Under the pieces are notes generated by a model that was not told the DNA's origin, ran no database searches, and saw only the letters and a program-made list of their open reading frames with translations. The position numbers and the translations under genes were made by a program. From positions 3,264,001-3,328,000 of the forward strand of contig CAWKDB010000010.1 in the NCBI GenBank assembly GCA_963848295.1: a stretch of 64,000 bases of DNA. Reading direction: 5' to 3'. Shown piece after piece: positions 1 to 9,337 of this stretch. This DNA comes from an uncultured delta proteobacterium. Lineage in GTDB: Bacteria > Myxococcota_A > Polyangia > Haliangiales > Haliangiaceae. Each line of letters opens with the position of its first letter. Within the stretch, counting starts at the first letter, position 1.

Positions 1-1
1 G

Positions 2-427
2 CAAGTCGACGGGGCGCTCGCCAAGCTGCCCGCGGCCGATCGCAGCAAGCTCGTCGGCTTCGCGGTGTCACTCAACGGCAAGGTCGCGAGCGTCGACGTG
101 TTCAACTCGCCGGCGTTGTTCGGCAAGCTCGAGACCAAGCTGCTGCACTCGTACCTCACCGAGGCGATCGACATCAAAGCCGAGAAGGACATCAAGGCGC
201 CGACCGCCGCCGATGTGAAGACGTTCATGTTCGACGCCGACGCCGCGCCGGCCGCGCCGTCGTACGACACGCCGGCAGCGGCGACCGCGATCTACGCGGG
301 CAAGCGCGCTTACAAGGCGAGGGTCGAGTACAAGCCCGCCGCACCCAGGGCCGCCGGTCACCGCGCGCCGGCTCCCGCGAAAGCGGATCCCGCCGACGAT
401 GTCTACGAGAACTATCAGGTGAAGTAA
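2..427 (+). CDS. ARPP-1/DUF6569-like protein, C-terminal part (5' end outside window)
   Basis: Open frame from the window edge; LVGFAVSLNGKVASVDVFNSPALFGKLETKLLHSYLTEA resembles the DUF6569 C-terminus. Confidence 0.55.
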   Translation, partial: QVDGALAKLPAADRSKLVGFAVSLNGKVASVDVFNSPALFGKLETKLLHSYLTEAIDIKAEKDIKAPTAADVKTFMFDADAAPAAPSYDTPAAATAIYAGKRAYKARVEYKPAAPRAAGHRAPAPAKADPADDVYENYQVK

Positions 428-436
428 GCTGACGGC

Positions 437-1318
437 GTGACCGACGAGCCGACCGATCCGAGCGAGCCCAGTACCAAGAAACGCAAGCTGCGGCTGTTAC
501 CCGGCCTCTCGGTCGACGAGTTTCGCCATCCGCTCGATCAGCGCGCGACCGACGCGTTGAAGCGCATCCCCGGGCTCGACAAGGCGATGGCGAAGCTGCT
601 CGAGATCGGGCTCGAGCGGCTGTTCTACATCGACAACGTCGCGTCGAACCTGCGCGTCACGCCGAAGATGTTCCCGCGCCTGCATCGCAGCTTGCAATGG
701 GCGACCAAGATCCTCGAGGTCCCCGAGCCCGAGATGTACGTCACCGTCGATCCGGTGCCGAACGCGTGGACGTACGGGCACACCAAGCCGTTCATCACGG
801 TGACGTCGGGGTTGATCGACATGATGAGCGACGAGGAGCTGTTCTTCGTCATCGGGCACGAGGTCGGTCACATCAAGGGCGGCCACGTGCTGTACGGCAC
901 GATGGCGCGCAACATCGCCGCGGTCGTCGCGCTGATCGGCCAGGCGACGCTCGGCATCGGCTCGCTGTTGTTTCAAGGCCTCGTCGTCGGCCTGCTCGAG
1001 TGGTTTCGCTGCGCCGAGCTGACGTGCGATCGCGCGGCGCTCCTGTGCGTGCAGGATCTCGAACCGGCGCGCGACACGTTCATGAAGCTCGCCGGTGGTA
1101 CGACGCGACTCGCCGCCGAGATGGATCGCGACGAGTTCCTGCGCCAGATTCGCGAGTACGAAGAGGTCGATCGCTCGACGCTCGACCGTGCGTACAAGCT
1201 GCTGCTCACGGCCACTCGCTCGCATCCGTTCGCGATGCAGCGGGCGAAGGAGCTCGAGACCTGGTTCGGCAGCGGCTACGAAGACGTGATGGCGCGCCAC
1301 CCTACGTCGAGCGTTTAG
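437..1318 (+). CDS. M48-family (HtpX-like) zinc metallopeptidase
   Basis: PVPNAWTYG, HEVGH zinc motif, AELTCDRAA, SHP motif. Confidence 0.9.
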   Translation: MTDEPTDPSEPSTKKRKLRLLPGLSVDEFRHPLDQRATDALKRIPGLDKAMAKLLEIGLERLFYIDNVASNLRVTPKMFPRLHRSLQWATKILEVPEPEMYVTVDPVPNAWTYGHTKPFITVTSGLIDMMSDEELFFVIGHEVGHIKGGHVLYGTMARNIAAVVALIGQATLGIGSLLFQGLVVGLLEWFRCAELTCDRAALLCVQDLEPARDTFMKLAGGTTRLAAEMDRDEFLRQIREYEEVDRSTLDRAYKLLLTATRSHPFAMQRAKELETWFGSGYEDVMARHPTSSV

Positions 1319-1553
1319 GTCGCACGATCGCGCGGGGCAGCTCGCCGTCGGCTCGTTCCGGCGCCACGACACGGTCGAGCGGGACCTCGGTGCGCACCGG
1401 CCTCGGTGGTGACGGCGGCGCTCGCGACAACACGGCCGCGGCATCGAGCACCGCTTCTTCGTCGATGGGCGCGCCCGACCGGTTGCCACAATGCGGGCAG
1501 ATCACGACCTCTTCGTGCACCGGCCGACCACACGCTGCACACGCGATCGCCAC
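1302..1553 (-). CDS. Small zinc-ribbon protein
   Basis: GTG start; CAAC...CPHC; C-terminal ELPRAIVR. Confidence 0.55.
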   Translation of the reverse strand: MAIACAACGRPVHEEVVICPHCGNRSGAPIDEEAVLDAAAVLSRAPPSPPRPVRTEVPLDRVVAPERADGELPRAIVRPKRST

Positions 1554-1557
1554 GACG

Positions 1558-1938
1558 CTAAGGCGAGCCGTCGTCGACAGTCGTGTCGCGCGCGGCGTCG
1601 CGCGGTGTTGGCAAGCGCGGGGTCGGGCCCTTGCGCTTCGCGGTCTTCGTCGCGTCCGGTTCGGGCGCCGCCGCCGAGCCCGCATCGCGAGCCTGATCGG
1701 CGCGATCGAGCACGTCGGAGGTCACGTGCTCCTTCACCGTCACGCCCTTCTGATCGTCGCTGATGTTTTTCTCGGGCTTCCTCGTCGCGGTATCGGGCGA
1801 CGCGAGCGTGATCGCGGCGGCCGCGGCTGCGAACCCTCCCGCCATCGCGGCGTTGTTCGGATGCGGCACGTTCTGCAAGGCTGGACCGCCGCAAGCGACC
1901 GAGAGGAGCATGACCAAAGCTGCTCTCATGCTCGTCAT
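1558..1938 (-). CDS. Hypothetical lipoprotein
   Basis: Lipobox-like LLSVACG after a hydrophobic signal. Confidence 0.65.
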   Translation of the reverse strand: MTSMRAALVMLLSVACGGPALQNVPHPNNAAMAGGFAAAAAAITLASPDTATRKPEKNISDDQKGVTVKEHVTSDVLDRADQARDAGSAAAPEPDATKTAKRKGPTPRLPTPRDAARDTTVDDGSP

Positions 1939-1955
1939 GTTACACCTGCGCCGTC

Positions 1956-2930
1956 ATGCGAGCCATCGCGATCGAGAAGCCCGGCGGGCCCGAAGTGTTG
2001 CAGCTCGTCGACAAACCGCTGCCAGAGCCGGTGCGCGGCGAGGTGCGCGTACGCGTCCGCGCGACCGCGGTCAATCGCGCCGACTTGCATCAGCGCATGG
2101 GCAACTACCCCGCGCCGGTCGATTCGCCGCCCGACGTCCCGGGGCTCGAATACGCCGGCGAGGTCGACGCCCTCGGTCCGGGGTGCGAGCGCTTGCAGAT
2201 CGGCGATCGCGTGTTCGGCTTGGTCGGCGGCGGCGGCTATTCCGAAGCGATCGTCACGCAAGAGCGCGCGATCGCGAAGATGCCGGACGGTATGACGTTC
2301 GAAGACGCGGCGGCGGTGCCCGAGGCGTTCATCACCGCTCACGACGCGATGATGCAAGGTGAGTTTCGCGGTGGCGAGCCGCTGCTCGTTCACGGCGCGG
2401 GCAGCGGTGTCGGCACGGCGGCGATCCAGCTCGGCCATGCGCTCGGCGGGTTCGTGATCGGGACGGCGCGCACGCAAGCCAAGCTCGATCGCGCGGCGCC
2501 GTTGGGGCTCGATGTCGGCATTGTGCCCGATGCCGGCAAGTTCGCGGCCGCGGTGCTGCGCGCGGCTCCCGGCGGGGTGCGCACGATCATCGAGCTCGTC
2601 GGCGGCAGTTACGTCGACGAAGATCTGCGGTGCGTCGCGCAGCTCGGTCGGATCGTGCTGGTCGGCCTACTCGCCGGTATGAAGACCGAGCTCGATCTCG
2701 GCCGGTTGCTGCGTGGTCGAGCGCACCTGATCGGCACGATGCTCCGCGCGCGACCACTCGAGCAGAAGCTCGCGGCGATGCGCTCGTTCGAAGCGCAGGT
2801 CGTGCCGTTGCTCGCCCGCGGCCTCGTCAAGCCGGTGATCGACGTCGTGATGCCGCTCGCGGATGCCGCCAAGGCGCACCTCCGGATGCAGAGCAACGAG
2901 GGGTTCGGCAAGATCGTGCTCCGCGTCTAA
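1956..2930 (+). CDS. NAD(P)H:quinone oxidoreductase (MDR, PIG3-like)
   Basis: VNRADL..R.G.YP, PGLEYAG, HGAGSGVG, GKIVL. Confidence 0.92.
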   Translation: MRAIAIEKPGGPEVLQLVDKPLPEPVRGEVRVRVRATAVNRADLHQRMGNYPAPVDSPPDVPGLEYAGEVDALGPGCERLQIGDRVFGLVGGGGYSEAIVTQERAIAKMPDGMTFEDAAAVPEAFITAHDAMMQGEFRGGEPLLVHGAGSGVGTAAIQLGHALGGFVIGTARTQAKLDRAAPLGLDVGIVPDAGKFAAAVLRAAPGGVRTIIELVGGSYVDEDLRCVAQLGRIVLVGLLAGMKTELDLGRLLRGRAHLIGTMLRARPLEQKLAAMRSFEAQVVPLLARGLVKPVIDVVMPLADAAKAHLRMQSNEGFGKIVLRV

Positions 2931-2938
2931 CCGCGCGG

Positions 2939-3514
2939 TCAGCGGCCGAACCGCAGCGTGCCGAGCAGCTCGATGTCGACGCTCGTATAGTCGAAGCTGA
3001 TCGCGTTACTGCCCGCTTGATTGCGGTGGACCCCGACCGGGACCGCGAGCTCGATCCCGAGCTGCGACTCACCCCCGAGCTCCTGCCAGATGCCGATCGC
3101 ACCCTCGGCGGCGAACCCGACATCGGCGCCGGTCGAGCCGGCGATGATGTTCTGGCTCACCGTGATCGAATCGCTCGCGTGCGTGATGTCGAGGCCGATG
3201 CCGACCCGGCCGGTGACCATGATGCAACGCTTGATGTGGTGGTGCACGCCGGCGCCGAGCGTGAGTCGATAGCGATCGTCGGCGAACCCCGCGGCGCGCG
3301 TGCGCAACGGTGTCCATTCGGCGGACAGCAGGGCTGCGAGCTCGCCGGCCGAGCTGCCGGCGCGAACCGCGAGGACCGGGCTCGGCGTGACCGTGTTCGT
3401 CCACACCTTGTCGCCCACCGGGATACTCGCGCCGGTGCCGAGCTCGACGAAGCCATCGGCGCGGGTCGCTGACCCGGTCGCTCCGACCACCATGACGACG
3501 ACGATCGCGCGCAC
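2939..3514 (-). CDS. Putative outer-membrane beta-barrel protein
   Basis: Signal peptide, alternating beta-strand pattern, C-terminal LRF. Confidence 0.6.
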   Translation of the reverse strand: MRAIVVVMVVGATGSATRADGFVELGTGASIPVGDKVWTNTVTPSPVLAVRAGSSAGELAALLSAEWTPLRTRAAGFADDRYRLTLGAGVHHHIKRCIMVTGRVGIGLDITHASDSITVSQNIIAGSTGADVGFAAEGAIGIWQELGGESQLGIELAVPVGVHRNQAGSNAISFDYTSVDIELLGTLRFGR

Positions 3515-3553
3515 AGCTGGAGAGTACGCTGAGTCGGGGGTAATGTCGTCGCC

Positions 3554-4018
3554 ATGTCGATCTCGGACCGGATCCTGCCGCTGTGCGATCTGCTGATGGG
3601 CGCTGCGTACGCCGATGACGAGCTGCGCGATCAGGAGAAAGTCGAAGTGCGCGCGCTGGTCGAGGAGCTCGCCGGTGGGCTGACCGCCGAGATCTCGAAG
3701 CGGATCGACGGCTTCGATCCAAAGAAGTTCGACGTCGTGAAATCGGCCGAACCGTTTCGCGCCGACCCCGAAGACGATCGCCGCAAGCTGCTGTTCCTCG
3801 TCAGCGCGGTCAACGAGTCCGACGAAGAGATCGACTTCGCCGAGGATGACTACCTGCGCGCGCTCGCGAACGCCCTCGCCCTACCGGCGTCCGCGCTCGC
3901 GGGGCTGACCGTCGACATCGAAGACGAGCAGCTCAAAGCGACGTTCCAGCAGGTCCGCAAGGGCCCGCCGCCGCCGCCGAAGGGCAAGGGCGGCTCGGTC
4001 GACGTCGATATCGACTAG
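3554..4018 (+). CDS. TerB-family protein
   Basis: AAYADDEL...EK, SDEEIDFAEDDYLRALA. Confidence 0.75.
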   Translation: MSISDRILPLCDLLMGAAYADDELRDQEKVEVRALVEELAGGLTAEISKRIDGFDPKKFDVVKSAEPFRADPEDDRRKLLFLVSAVNESDEEIDFAEDDYLRALANALALPASALAGLTVDIEDEQLKATFQQVRKGPPPPPKGKGGSVDVDID

Positions 4019-4449
4019 AGCAGCTTCGCGCTCAGCGTCATCGGCGTCGCCGCCAACGCGCGCGAGATCGGGCAGTTCTTCTTCGCGCCCTCGGCGTACT
4101 CGACGAACTGTTCGTTCGTGATCCCGGCGACCTTGCCTTGGGTCTCGAGCGCGATGCCGGTCAGCGTCCACCCGGCTTCGAGCTTCTGGAGATCGACCAC
4201 CGCCGACGTGCGGATCTCGGTCGGCTCGTGGCCGGCGCCGGTCAGCGCGAACGCGAGCGCCATCGAGAAGCAACTCGCGTGCGCCGCAGCGATCAGCTCT
4301 TCGGGGTTCGTCCCGGCCTTGCCGTCCTCCGACGTGAACCGAGTGTTGACGCTGTACGGCTGATCTTTGAACGCGCCGCTTTGAGTGGTGATCGCACCTG
4401 CACCCTTGGGGCCATTACCTTTCCAGACGACATTGCTCGAGCGCTTCAT
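4015..4449 (-). CDS. osmC: OsmC peroxiredoxin
   Basis: GTNPEELIAAAHASCFSMAL, CPISRAL; GGAGG RBS upstream. Confidence 0.93.
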   Translation of the reverse strand: MKRSSNVVWKGNGPKGAGAITTQSGAFKDQPYSVNTRFTSEDGKAGTNPEELIAAAHASCFSMALAFALTGAGHEPTEIRTSAVVDLQKLEAGWTLTGIALETQGKVAGITNEQFVEYAEGAKKNCPISRALAATPMTLSAKLL

Positions 4450-4577
4450 GGGAATCCTCCGCGGCCGGTATACCCGGGAGTAATCGGCGCGGCATCAGCA
4501 CGCGACGAATACGTGACGTCGGTCGTGCGACCCGGCTCGGTCGTGCGGCTCGCGCCCGGTGCGTATACTCGCCGGCG

Positions 4578-5645
4578 ATGCGAGCGCTCGCGTTGGTGAC
4601 GATCGCGGCGTGCACCTCGCCGCAAGCGACGCTGCTCGCCGACCGCGACCGCGACGATGTCGCGGCGATGCGCGCCCATGGTTGGCACACGTGGGCGCGA
4701 GTCACGCGCGAGTGGACGACCTGGACGCCGAGCGATCAGTTGTTCGGTGGCGCGAGCGCCGGGCCGCCCGCGTTTCGCACGCCTCGGCCGTTTCGCGTCG
4801 GCGAGGCGATCGAGCACGAGCAGTTGCCGGTGATGTTCGACGTGCTGTTCGACCCGACAGCGACCGCCCACATTCGCGACCATCGCCTCGCCGAGCGCCG
4901 CGTGCTCGCCAGGCTCGCGACGTTTCCCGCATTTCCCCGCGAAGCGATCGCGGCCAAGCTCGAGTGGTATCCGGTCCACGCGCACGGCCTGACCGCGATG
5001 CCGGTGTGGGACGGCGGAACGGCCGGCGCTGCGCAGCAGCCCGACGTGAGTTGGCCGCGCGCGGTCGCGGTCGATCCGGTGCACGACGTCATCCCCACGG
5101 GGGAGACCGCCCACGTCTTGCTCGCGGGCAAGCCGATCACCGCGCGCGTCGTGTCGCTGACCTCGTTCGAGCATCACGCGCTGGTCGCGAGCGAGCTGCC
5201 GTCGGCGCGCGCGGCGTCGCACGATCCTACGCTTGCGGTCGGCGACTTCGTCGCGCTCGTCGCCGCGCACGTCACGACCAAGCAGATCCCGGAGTGGACG
5301 TGGGCGACGTATTGGTGGCACGACGATCCAGATGCCGGCGCGTTTGCGATGGGCCGGACCGATGACGTCCGCGGCGCCGATCGCCATTATCTGATGGATG
5401 TCGCGTTCAGCGCGACGACGCCGGTCGAGCACGACGGCTCGCCGCACGTATGCATGAACCCGTGGCTCGAGGCGCGGTTCCCGAACGGCGTGCACTCGAA
5501 CTGCATTGCGTGTCATCAACGTGCGGTCGTCGGAGCGACCGACTATCTCCCGGTGACGCGCGGCGCGATGCGGCCCGACGATCCGTACTTCGCCGGGCGT
5601 GCACAGGCCGACTTCATCTGGTCGATCGCGCTCGAGGCCAAGTGA
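4578..5645 (+). CDS. Lipoprotein with a single CxxCH heme-c motif
   Basis: Lipobox IAAC; SNCIACHQRA near the C-terminus. Confidence 0.7.
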   Translation: MRALALVTIAACTSPQATLLADRDRDDVAAMRAHGWHTWARVTREWTTWTPSDQLFGGASAGPPAFRTPRPFRVGEAIEHEQLPVMFDVLFDPTATAHIRDHRLAERRVLARLATFPAFPREAIAAKLEWYPVHAHGLTAMPVWDGGTAGAAQQPDVSWPRAVAVDPVHDVIPTGETAHVLLAGKPITARVVSLTSFEHHALVASELPSARAASHDPTLAVGDFVALVAAHVTTKQIPEWTWATYWWHDDPDAGAFAMGRTDDVRGADRHYLMDVAFSATTPVEHDGSPHVCMNPWLEARFPNGVHSNCIACHQRAVVGATDYLPVTRGAMRPDDPYFAGRAQADFIWSIALEAK

Positions 5646-6322
5646 TGAGGTCGCAGTCGCTCGAGGCGCTCGCGAAGACCATCGTCGGCTGTCGCGCGTG
5701 CGGCCGGCTCGTCGCGTGCAATCGCGCCGCCGGCAATGACCCACCGAAGCGGTTCGCCGGCGAGCGCTACTGGAGCAAGCCGCTCACCGGCTTCGGTGAT
5801 CCGCGCGCGCGTGTGCTGGTCGTCGGCCTCGCGCCCGCCGCGCACGGCGGCAACCGCACCGGTCGCGTGTTCACCGGCGATCGCTCTGGAGACTGGCTGT
5901 TCGGCGCGTTGTATCGCGCGGGCTATGCGAATCAACCCAGTTCGACCTCGCGCGGCGACGGCTTGCAGCTACGCGACGCGTACGTCTCGGTGGTCGTGCG
6001 CTGTGCGCCGCCCGGCAACAAGCCCACACCGGACGAGCGCGACGCGTGCTTGCCGTTCCTCGTGCGCGAGCTCGCGCTGCTGGCGCGCGTGCGTGCGATC
6101 GTCGCGCTCGGTGCCTTCGCCTGGGACGGTGTGGTGCGTGCGGCCAAGCAGCTCGGCCATGCCGTCCACCCGCGCCCCGCGTTCGGTCACGCCGCCGAGA
6201 CCCGACTCGGCCCGTACGCGGTGATCGGCAGTTATCACGTCAGCCAGCAAAACACGTTCACCGGTCGGCTCACCACACCGATGCTCGATGCCGTCTTCGC
6301 CCGAGCGCGCGAGCTCAGCTAG
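5645..6322 (+). CDS. udgB: Uracil-DNA glycosylase family 5
   Basis: CRAC Fe-S motif, GLAPAAHGGNRTGRVFTGD, HVSQQNTFTG; ATG overlaps the upstream TGA. Confidence 0.9.
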   Translation: MRSQSLEALAKTIVGCRACGRLVACNRAAGNDPPKRFAGERYWSKPLTGFGDPRARVLVVGLAPAAHGGNRTGRVFTGDRSGDWLFGALYRAGYANQPSSTSRGDGLQLRDAYVSVVVRCAPPGNKPTPDERDACLPFLVRELALLARVRAIVALGAFAWDGVVRAAKQLGHAVHPRPAFGHAAETRLGPYAVIGSYHVSQQNTFTGRLTTPMLDAVFARARELS

Positions 6323-6329
6323 CCGGCGA

Positions 6330-7736
6330 TCACTGGGAGCGAACGATCCCGGTGCCTGCTGTTGGGCTGATCGTCCCGCCGGGCAGCGACGCGCCCGGCG
6401 CGGTGCGAATGAAGATCGCGCCGACGCCGCCCCCGCCCGCGCCCGAGTTGACGTCGCTCGAGTTACCGCCGACCCCGGGCGCGCTCGGTCGCGAGCCCCC
6501 GGCTCCACTCGTCGCCGCACTGCCGCCCGGGGTACCGGGTTGCGCCGGTGTCGCGCCGGCGAAGCCGTTCGCACCCGCGGTGCCCGCAGCCGCGTGATCG
6601 GAGCTGCCGCCGCCGCCACCACCATTCGCGGCGAGCACGCCCGAGATGCTGACGGTGAGCGCTTCGAGCAAGATCCCACCGCCCGATCCGCCTCCGCCGC
6701 CGGCGCCGGCATTCGATGGGTTCGTCGGGCCGGGGCTCCCGCCCGCGCCGCCCGCGTTGATCGTCCCGCTCACCGTGATCTTGCCGAGCGCCGAGATCTG
6801 GAGCGCACCGCCGCCGCCGCCACCGGGCAATGCGGTACCCGCACCGGGTCCGCCACCGCCGCCACCGCTGCCGCCGAGCAACGGCTCGAGGCCGGCGCCA
6901 ACGCACGCGACGCCGGCCGTGCCGCCTGCGAAGTTTTCCATCGACGCGGTCTCGATGCCGCCCGCCGCCCCGGCGCCGCCGTAGCCGCCGCCACCACCGC
7001 CGGTATCCGCGCCGGTCCCCGAATCAGTCGCACCGGTCCCGCCCGCACCACAGCCCGCCGCGGGCGTAGCACCCAGACCGCCGGGACCGGCGCCTGGTCC
7101 TGCGGCCTGCGGATCCTTGCCGTACGCGCCGCCCGAGGCATCGATCGCGCCGGTGACGATGGCGTCGGTCGCGACCAGGAACACCACAGAGTGCGAGCCG
7201 GAGAACTCCACCGTCCCGGACACGGTCAGCGACTTCATCGAGAACTCGGCGAGGGTGTTCGCACCGACCGAGTCCGCGTGTTGGTAGTAGCCGATGCCAT
7301 CGATCACGCCCGTGCCCGCGGCGCGCGTGATGGCGCCCGAGATCTCGCCGGTGTTGACGTCGAACGTGGTGGGGCCGCCGGTGGAACCGCTCGCGATCAC
7401 CACGTCCATCGTCGCGCCATCGAGATCGGTGACCGGGATCCCGTTGCTCGGCATCACCTCGGAGCAGTGCGGCCCGCTCGCGCTGCAGCCGAGCGCGCAC
7501 ATCGTCTGTCCGCTCAGCGAGCACGACTGCGTGCCCGCGCTGCACGTGCACAGATCGAAGGCGTCGATCGCGACGCTGTCGACCGGAGCATCGATTGCCG
7601 GGCCGCGCGAGCACTCGTTCATCACGCACGTCAGCGACGCCGGACAATCGGAGTCCGAGACGCAGGGCGCCCCTTCAGGCGGTACCGCGTGGTAGCAGCC
7701 GAAGGTCGCGCATAGAGCGACCCACACGTATCTCAC
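6330..7736 (-). CDS. Glycine-rich lipoprotein
   Basis: GTG start VRYVWVALCATFGC; Cys-rich N-terminus; GGGGGALQI and GGGSGGGILLE repeats. Confidence 0.75.
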   Translation of the reverse strand: MRYVWVALCATFGCYHAVPPEGAPCVSDSDCPASLTCVMNECSRGPAIDAPVDSVAIDAFDLCTCSAGTQSCSLSGQTMCALGCSASGPHCSEVMPSNGIPVTDLDGATMDVVIASGSTGGPTTFDVNTGEISGAITRAAGTGVIDGIGYYQHADSVGANTLAEFSMKSLTVSGTVEFSGSHSVVFLVATDAIVTGAIDASGGAYGKDPQAAGPGAGPGGLGATPAAGCGAGGTGATDSGTGADTGGGGGGYGGAGAAGGIETASMENFAGGTAGVACVGAGLEPLLGGSGGGGGGPGAGTALPGGGGGGALQISALGKITVSGTINAGGAGGSPGPTNPSNAGAGGGGGSGGGILLEALTVSISGVLAANGGGGGGSSDHAAAGTAGANGFAGATPAQPGTPGGSAATSGAGGSRPSAPGVGGNSSDVNSGAGGGGVGAIFIRTAPGASLPGGTISPTAGTGIVRSQ

Positions 7737-7875
7737 CCTGCGAAGTATCGCAGATCCGTGAGGAACTCGGGAAGCTGCAAAAACCTGCCGCGTTCGGCGC
7801 TCCCGCCATAGAATCGCAGGTATCGGCGCGACCACCGTATATCGACAGCTGGCGGCGGCCTCTCGGCAACGCGGC

Positions 7876-8376
7876 TTGCCTGCCATCGGCTTCGAGCTCG
7901 AGGCTCCGGGCGAGATCGAGGTCACGCCGGTCGCCGAAACCGCGACGGTCGTCCGGTGCTGCGAGCGCGCCGGCGATAAGACGATCGGTGAGCTCGAGGT
8001 CGAGCTGTTCGCCGCCGCGCTGATCATCGATCGCGACGGCATCCTCGCCGAGAAGGCCGGTCGGCTGACCGAGGATTCGGGAGGCTGCGCTCATCCTGCG
8101 GTCGCGGTCGAGCTACCGGGCGTGCGCGGCTTCAGGGCGAGCGCGGAGCGCGGCCGTGAGGTCGAGCTCCCGTATCTCTACGTGCTCGCGATCGCGGGCT
8201 GCGAGGCCGGCAACGGCGGTGTGCTCGTCACGATTCGCTCGGCGCAGCCGACATGGCCGGCGGCCGACTCGATCCTGCGCACGCTGCGCTTGCTCGATCG
8301 CCGCGGCGCGGTCCAGCCGGCGAACGATGGCGAGCTCGCGCTACCGCTCGTCGGGCGGCCCGGAACCGACAGCTGA
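7876..8376 (+). CDS. Hypothetical protein (true start may lie upstream)
   Basis: Genome-like codon usage; the frame stays open upstream (YRQLAAASRQRG). Confidence 0.6.
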   Translation: MPAIGFELEAPGEIEVTPVAETATVVRCCERAGDKTIGELEVELFAAALIIDRDGILAEKAGRLTEDSGGCAHPAVAVELPGVRGFRASAERGREVELPYLYVLAIAGCEAGNGGVLVTIRSAQPTWPAADSILRTLRLLDRRGAVQPANDGELALPLVGRPGTDS

Positions 8377-8394
8377 TTCGCGCTAGGGTGCGGC

Positions 8395-9336
8395 ATGCGT
8401 TGGCTCGTGCTCGCGGTCGTGCTCTGCGGCGTTCATAGCGCCAGCGCGGCGCCGGCGCGCGAGTGCTTCGCCGGCACCGAGGTCACGACGACCGGAAGCG
8501 ACATCGATACGACCGAGGTCGTCTACACGCGCGAGCTCGATGTGGCCGCCGCCGAGATCCGTACAGACCTGTGGCGCGCGTTCGATCCCGAGCGCGACGA
8601 CGCGGGGGTCGACAAGCTCGATGTGAAGGCCGCGACCTTCGACTTTGTCGATCCGAGCAGCGGACAACCGGGCCACGGCTCGTTGATCGGACCCGCATGG
8701 CACTGGACATCGTATCACTCCGAAGCGCAGGTCATGCCGACGGTCAGGCTCGTCACCGACGCGAAGCTCGTCGGCGACAGCTGGATCGTCAACGGCACTT
8801 CGGTGGGTGCCGATCCTGCGAGCACCGCTCACGTCGCGATGAAGCAATTCGATTGCGCCGAGCTCGAGCAGCGCCGCAAGGCCCTTGATCAGCTGTCGCC
8901 GAACGCGGTCCATCGCTGCTTCGCGGGCGCGATCAGCTCGTACAAAGGTCAGCAACATACGTGGGGGCCGGCGTTGCTCGAACAGATCGTCGACGACGAC
9001 CGACACGTGATCGAGCTGCGGCTGCGTCAAGGCGCGCGGCCCGCCGATGCGATCACCTGGCTCCATATCGACCACGGTTCGATCACCGTCAACAACGCGA
9101 GCGGCATCCACGGCGGTGGCTCGATCGTCGGCGGCCCGGGCGCGTGGATCGAGTACACGTGGCAGAACCACGGCAACCCGACGCTGCATGCGACGGGAAC
9201 GCTCGGCGGCACGCACGTCAACCAAACCGCGACGCTCGAGCGCGTCGACGGCACGTTCACGATGCTGTTCGACGCCGACGCGTTCGACTGCAAGCAGCTC
9301 GCGGCGCGCAAGGCCGCGCTCGCGCCGATAAAGTGA
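8395..9336 (+). CDS. Secreted protein with two tandem homologous domains
   Basis: Signal peptide; CFAG...FDC..L..R..AL occurs twice. Confidence 0.75.
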   Translation: MRWLVLAVVLCGVHSASAAPARECFAGTEVTTTGSDIDTTEVVYTRELDVAAAEIRTDLWRAFDPERDDAGVDKLDVKAATFDFVDPSSGQPGHGSLIGPAWHWTSYHSEAQVMPTVRLVTDAKLVGDSWIVNGTSVGADPASTAHVAMKQFDCAELEQRRKALDQLSPNAVHRCFAGAISSYKGQQHTWGPALLEQIVDDDRHVIELRLRQGARPADAITWLHIDHGSITVNNASGIHGGGSIVGGPGAWIEYTWQNHGNPTLHATGTLGGTHVNQTATLERVDGTFTMLFDADAFDCKQLAARKAALAPIK

Positions 9337-9337
9337 T

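Noticed and set aside
697..2295. Many long Arg/Ala-rich alternative ORFs (also 51137-52849, 54705-56585, 57945-60053)
   Set aside because: Shadow frames of real genes, expected in high-GC DNA.
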